Source: Octopus bimaculoides
Taxonomy: Eukaryota
Assembly (NCBI RefSeq): GCF_001194135.2
Contig: NC_068987.1
Location: 2,479,135-2,519,119, forward strand
Direction of reading: 5' to 3'
DNA: 39,985 nt
The notes under the pieces are model-generated. The model was not told the origin of the DNA. It did no database searches and saw only the letters and a program-made list of their open reading frames with translations. Below are positions 35,340-39,985 of this stretch, piece after piece. The position numbers and the translations under genes were made by a program. Position 1 is the stretch's first letter, and the number at the start of each line of letters is the position of its first letter.

Positions 35340-35737
35340 AGGTGGTAGACTTGTTTGCATGCCGGACAAAATGCTTAGCGGCGTTTCTTCGGGTTTTTCA
35401 TTCAGACAGTTCAAACGGCGCTGAAGTCGATATTGTCCGTTATTCTTTCAGGCTCAACAAAATACTTAGCAGTTGAACCCGGGGAATCGATGTAATCAAC
35501 TTACCCCCCCCCCCCCCCCCCGCCTCCAAAAGTTTTAGGCCTTTTGCTTATGAGCGACTTGTTGGCGGGATTGTTAGCACGACAGTAAAGAGAAAAAGAT
35601 TTGTGATATTTCTCAGACCCTTTATGTACTGAGTGCAAATTCTTTTCGGGGTCATTAGAATAGGTACCAGTCAAGTCCTGGGTCGATGTAACTTACTTGC
35701 TTCCTCGCTTCAAATTTGCTGGCCTTGTGCCAAAATT
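35340..35737 (+). mobile_element. Two tandem degenerate family A SINEs (35340-35552 with poly-C, and 35561-35737)
   Basis: aaaatgcttagcggcgtttc, tcgatgtaatc.actta, ttttcggggtc...aggtaccagtcaag..ctgggtcgatgtaa and ggccttgtgccaaaatt blocks. Confidence 0.7.
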
Positions 35738-35899
35738 ATTGTTGCTACTAAATTTGGAATTTGTATCGGATCCACAACAATAACAATAGTATAGAGGTTG
35801 TTCTGTGATGATTTGGACAACCACATCACGGAAATCTCTTTGTTCTTTAATTGTCCTACAATGCTGAGTTAACGCCAAGAATTACCTAAATATTTCGGT

Positions 35900-35934
<35 letters not shown>

Positions 35935-36614
35935 TGTTATTGAAAGATAGTGGTTTGCAGGTAGGTTGAAAGGTAGTTAGAGACGGACAGACACAGAAGA
36001 CGTCACAAGGCATCACACGTTGAAATGTGAGATTTTAGGGTGGTAACTTAAGTATGAACAGGAGCAGCGAAATAGTAAGTACTGTGACGGTGGCGGTGGT
36101 GATGGAGAAACGGTTGGTCGTCGTGATGGTGGTGGTGGTGGTTGTGATTGTGATCGTGGTAGTTGCGGTGGGGTTGGGGCTGACAGCGATAATAATGGAA
36201 GGTGTGTATACTAAGAAACTCAAAATAAGTAGGCGAAATGGCCATGGTTGGGACGTCTTTCAATGTTCGGTGTTGAGGTTCTACACAGCTACAACAACAA
36301 TAGAAGCAGCAACGAGAGCCAAACCTGGTCGTACAGCAGCAAGGCCAGTTCATAGAGAAAGCAGCAGTTGTTTAGCGAAAGACCAGAGTCCAGTTTTCGA
36401 TGGATGACCTTTTGGGGAAACCCAGAACTTCCCACTGCATAGAACTGCGAGAAACAACAGCCAAATCTTCATCACATCTTATACGTTAAATACTAAAAGG
36501 ACGCGTTAAACCATGTCGTCCCAGAAACATTTGGCATTCAGTAGAATGAAAAAACAAATGCGACAATATCATGAACAAGTGTAGCAGCAACAACAACAAC
36601 ATTAGCCACATGAT

Positions 36615-36853
36615 GGCGAATTGGAGAAGTTGTTAGAACATCAGAAGAAATGCTTTTCAGTATTCAATCTCCTGCTTTCTGAGTTCAAACTCCATCGAAG
36701 TCAACTTTGCCTTTCATTCTTCTGGGGTCCACAAGCGAAGCACCAATCAAATTTAGGAGGAGACTGGAAGAATCGTTTGAGCGTTGAGCAGAAATGTTTT
36801 GCGGATTTTATTCTAATTCTTTCCGCTCTGAGTTCAAATCCTGCCGTGGCTAC
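36615..36853 (+). mobile_element. Two tandem 3'-truncated family A SINE heads (36615-36730 and 36756-36853)
   Basis: Each has the ctgagttcaaa block preceded by gaa..gtt.ga.c....gaaatg.ttt. Confidence 0.7.
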
Positions 36854-37515
36854 TTGGGAAATATACTTAATTCGCCACCCGGATTTAAACCACCACCCGC
36901 TCCTTGAGAGTGCCTTTAGTGGGTGCAACTCTGTTACGATCATTCAAACAAAGCGTCTGGTTTGAGAATATCTTCGTCCCACATTTCCATTCCTCTTTGA
37001 GGCCCTGAAAGGATGGTGAGCAACGCCTTCCCTCCCCCAGCCTGACCCCCAGCTACACGATAAAAGACCAACAACAACAACAAACACCTAGAACAACAAC
37101 CAGAACGTTAGCAGCTAGAGCAACACTAACAAGAACAAGATGAGGTACAAACATTGCAGAAAGTACAACAGCAACAGTCGGAATAACAAAAGTTACAACA
37201 ACAAATAACAAGAAAAACAAAAGATAATATGTAACAAAAACCACAAAGAAAATAGAACGCCAAGAAGAAGAAGAAGAAGAAGAATGTGAAGTGTAAGACA
37301 GAGGGTAAAATGTCGGCCAACAAGGAAGAAACGCGGCAGAGGAAGGAAGATTGTCTGTTGGGAAAGGTCAGTGTGTGTGTGTGTGTGTGTGTGCACGTGT
37401 GTGTATATGTGTGTGAGTTATTGCAGACGTTTTTGTTACTGGTAAGGAGTTTCGGCTCAGAATCAGTGTTATCTTGGTGAAAGAAAGAGACAGAAAGAAT
37501 ATACTTTACTGGAAA

Positions 37516-37547
<32 letters not shown>

Positions 37548-37970
37548 ATATGCACGTGTACATGTATTGAGATGTGTGTGTGTGAGGCTATATGTGAGTG
37601 TGTCAAGACGTGTGTGGCGTTGGAGGGGGTGGCAGACCATCGTGGAGATATAGCAAAAGTACATTGCACTCCCTCGCTTCTTCCATCTTGGTAGACATGA
37701 ACCGTTTTAAAAATGCTTTGTTATAAAACTATCGGCTCCCAGTTCAAATGTCAGGTGTGTTTGTTTTAGGAGCACCTTTTAGTTCAGTAGAAGCGGGTAG
37801 GTATGTGGGTAAATAGCTGGGTGGTGAGGTGTGTGACAGGTGTATGTATGTGTGTGTGGGTGTGTGGGTGTGTGTAGGCAGGAAGTATGTTTGACTCCAA
37901 TCCACAACAAACTGTTTATGCATCTAACTACATTTCCATTTATATTACTATTCGTATATCTATATGTATA

Positions 37971-38015
<45 letters not shown>

Positions 38016-38040
38016 ACATATGTGTGTATGAGTGGACTGA

Positions 38041-38139
38041 AGTATTTTGCTTAAGAACACAACACACAGCTCGGTCTGGAAATCGAACCCATGATCTAGC
38101 GATTCTGAGTGTAACACCTTAACTACTGGGACATGAGCC

Positions 38140-38142
<3 letters not shown>
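38041..38142 (-). mobile_element. tRNA-derived SINE head, family C
   Basis: Reverse complement: cccagtagttaaggtgttacactc...catgggttcgatttcc...gtgttcttaagcaaaatact. Confidence 0.7.
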
Positions 38143-38188
<46 letters not shown>

Positions 38189-38681
38189 ACATACANNNNN
38201 NNNNNNNNNNNNNNNNNNNNNNNNNNNNNNNNNNNNNNNNNNNNNNNNNNNNNNNNNNNNNNNNNNNNNNNNNNNNNNNNNNNNNNNNNNNNNNNNNNNN
38301 NNNNNNNNNNNNNNNNNNNNNNNNNNNNNNNNNNNNNNNNNNNNNNNNNNNNNNNNNNNNNNNNNNNNNNNNNNNNNNNNNNNNNNNNNNNNNNNNNNNN
38401 NNNNNNNNNNNNNNNNNNNNNNNNNNNNNNNNNNNNNNNNNNNNNNNNNNNNNNNNNNNNNNNNNNNNNNNNNNNNNNNNNNNNNNNNNNNNNNNNNNNN
38501 NNNNNNNNNNNNNNNNNNNNNNNNNNNNNNNNNNNNNNNNNNNNNNNNNNNNNNNNNNNNNNNNNNNNNNNNNNNNNNNNNNNNNNNNNNNNNNNNNNNN
38601 NNNNNNNNNNNNNNNNNNNNNNNNNNNNNNNNNNNNNNNNNNNNNNNNNNNNNNNNNNNNNNNNNNNNNNNNNNNNNNNNN

Positions 38682-38720
<39 letters not shown>

Positions 38721-38981
38721 CATTTCTTTGGGATCCTGCAAATGATTTATATGTACAGTTATATGGTCACGTAGTTACAGATGTTTAAAGACAGTTATAG
38801 GCAAGCATACATTGTAATATAGTGCTATACAGCTATATATAATGTTATACAGTGATCGAAGCACGTACAGATGTACTGAATGAGGGTAAGAAATTTCAGC
38901 TTATCACAGCAATTTTTTTGAATATTAATGAGATCTGTTGACATAAAAAGCATTGTGATAAACATTAAAATGTTGTGGAGT

Positions 38982-39088
38982 TATCATTTAAGGTCAGCCT
39001 ATGACCTGTGTTATATAGCTATCATTTAAGGTCACCGTATGACCTCTGTGTTGTACAACTATCATATAAGGTCACTATACAACCTCTG
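38982..39088. repeat. 38-40-bp minisatellite (about 2.7 copies), each unit with an AGGTCA-n5-TGACCT palindrome
   Basis: Units start tatcat(t/a)taaggtca at 38982, 39020 and 39060. Confidence 0.9.
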
Positions 39089-39496
39089 AACAAAGAAACA
39101 TTTCTAAATTATAGCATCTTATGTAACAGGAAATTGGAGTAAACAACGCGGAGTCTTGGAAATAGCAGCTAATTATGTAATAGTCTTAGGAAAAGGAAGG
39201 ACACATTCCACAGCGAAGAAGTAGGTAACAAAATGGTGGAAGGTTCACGGCTGGAATGTCTTTTGATTATAGATCTGTTGTGTTAAGCTTTGGGTTGTTT
39301 ACAAGTACAAGAACGTCATCAACAGCAACATTGGCACCGCCAACAACAACAACAACAACAATGTCAAGAATCTCAACAGCAACAATTTCACCATCCACTT
39401 AGGGGGTGGGGGCTGTTTATCAGACCCTAAGAAAAGGACAATCACTAAACACACTTCAAAAGCCTAAACAATACTTTACTATTACTAAAGAAAGCA

Positions 39497-39531
<35 letters not shown>

Positions 39532-39676
39532 GTCAAGACGAAGAGTGCGATTTTAGGTGTTTTATTTTTTGAACAATATTTCGACAGAACGTCCGTCTTT
39601 CTCAAGTTCAAACCAAAAGGTGATTGAAAATTCAAAATTTCAGAAACCAAACGTAATAAAAATCAAGTAGATTGAG

Positions 39677-39973
39677 ATGATTGATTTTATGGTACACAGA
39701 ATAAGAATTGGAACATACAGAAATTCTAGAAGTCACCAAAGCAGCCGGGTGTCTAAGGAAAATCGTAATGTAAATTACAGCTTTTGCGTTTTATTCCTTC
39801 TCACAGTTGGCTTGTCAGCCCTGTTAGTTTCCATAGACCCCAGTGTTGAACCCAATCCTGGACCAATGGACTTCGTACCATTCAAATATGAATCAGAAAT
39901 TGAGAAATCGACATTTCTGTCAGTGAAAAAACTTAATCGTTTTCGTGCTTCTTTCTGCTTATTAAAAAACTGA
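39677..39973 (+). other. Short ORF with a hydrophobic stretch followed by a 2A-like xEPNPGP motif (probable retroelement 5' remnant)
   Basis: ...FCVLFLLTVGLSALLVSIDPSVEPNPGPMDFVPFKYE...; VEPNPGP at 39845-39865. Confidence 0.4.
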
Positions 39974-39985
39974 CAAAAGCTGATG

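Noticed and set aside
2612-38774. Long ORFs in the track (for example 5582..6718, 26033..27286, 29459..30451, 33190..33882, 37974..38741)
   Set aside because: They are open only because they run through N gaps and (CA)/(TA)/(GGT) microsatellites; they carry no protein signal.

Overview
Eukaryotic, AT-rich, microsatellite-dense animal DNA with 11 assembly gaps (about 4.4 kb of N), nearly all bordered by simple repeats. The repeat families and texture resemble coleoid cephalopod (Octopus-like) genomes; this is from recall and not verified. No complete protein-coding gene can be supported, and almost all listed ORFs are translations of microsatellites or N runs. The identifiable content is mobile DNA: many tRNA-derived SINE copies, two RTE-type LINE fragments (one with an inverted 5' piece), two Tc1/mariner-type MITEs, and a 580-bp TIR element with an 8-bp TSD inserted into a SINE. 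The most notable locus is an 834-bp insertion (34050-34883) bounded by a 12-bp TSD. It combines a Penelope-like ORF N-terminus with three copies of a ~260-bp unit made of a tRNA-like Pol III head and a tail carrying a minimal hammerhead ribozyme motif, so it is a candidate Penelope-mobilised SINE/retrozyme. Weaker signals are a candidate minus-strand promoter/first exon near 30.8-30.9 kb, promoter-like motif clusters at 1.2-1.9 kb, and a 2A-like xEPNPGP motif at the right edge.
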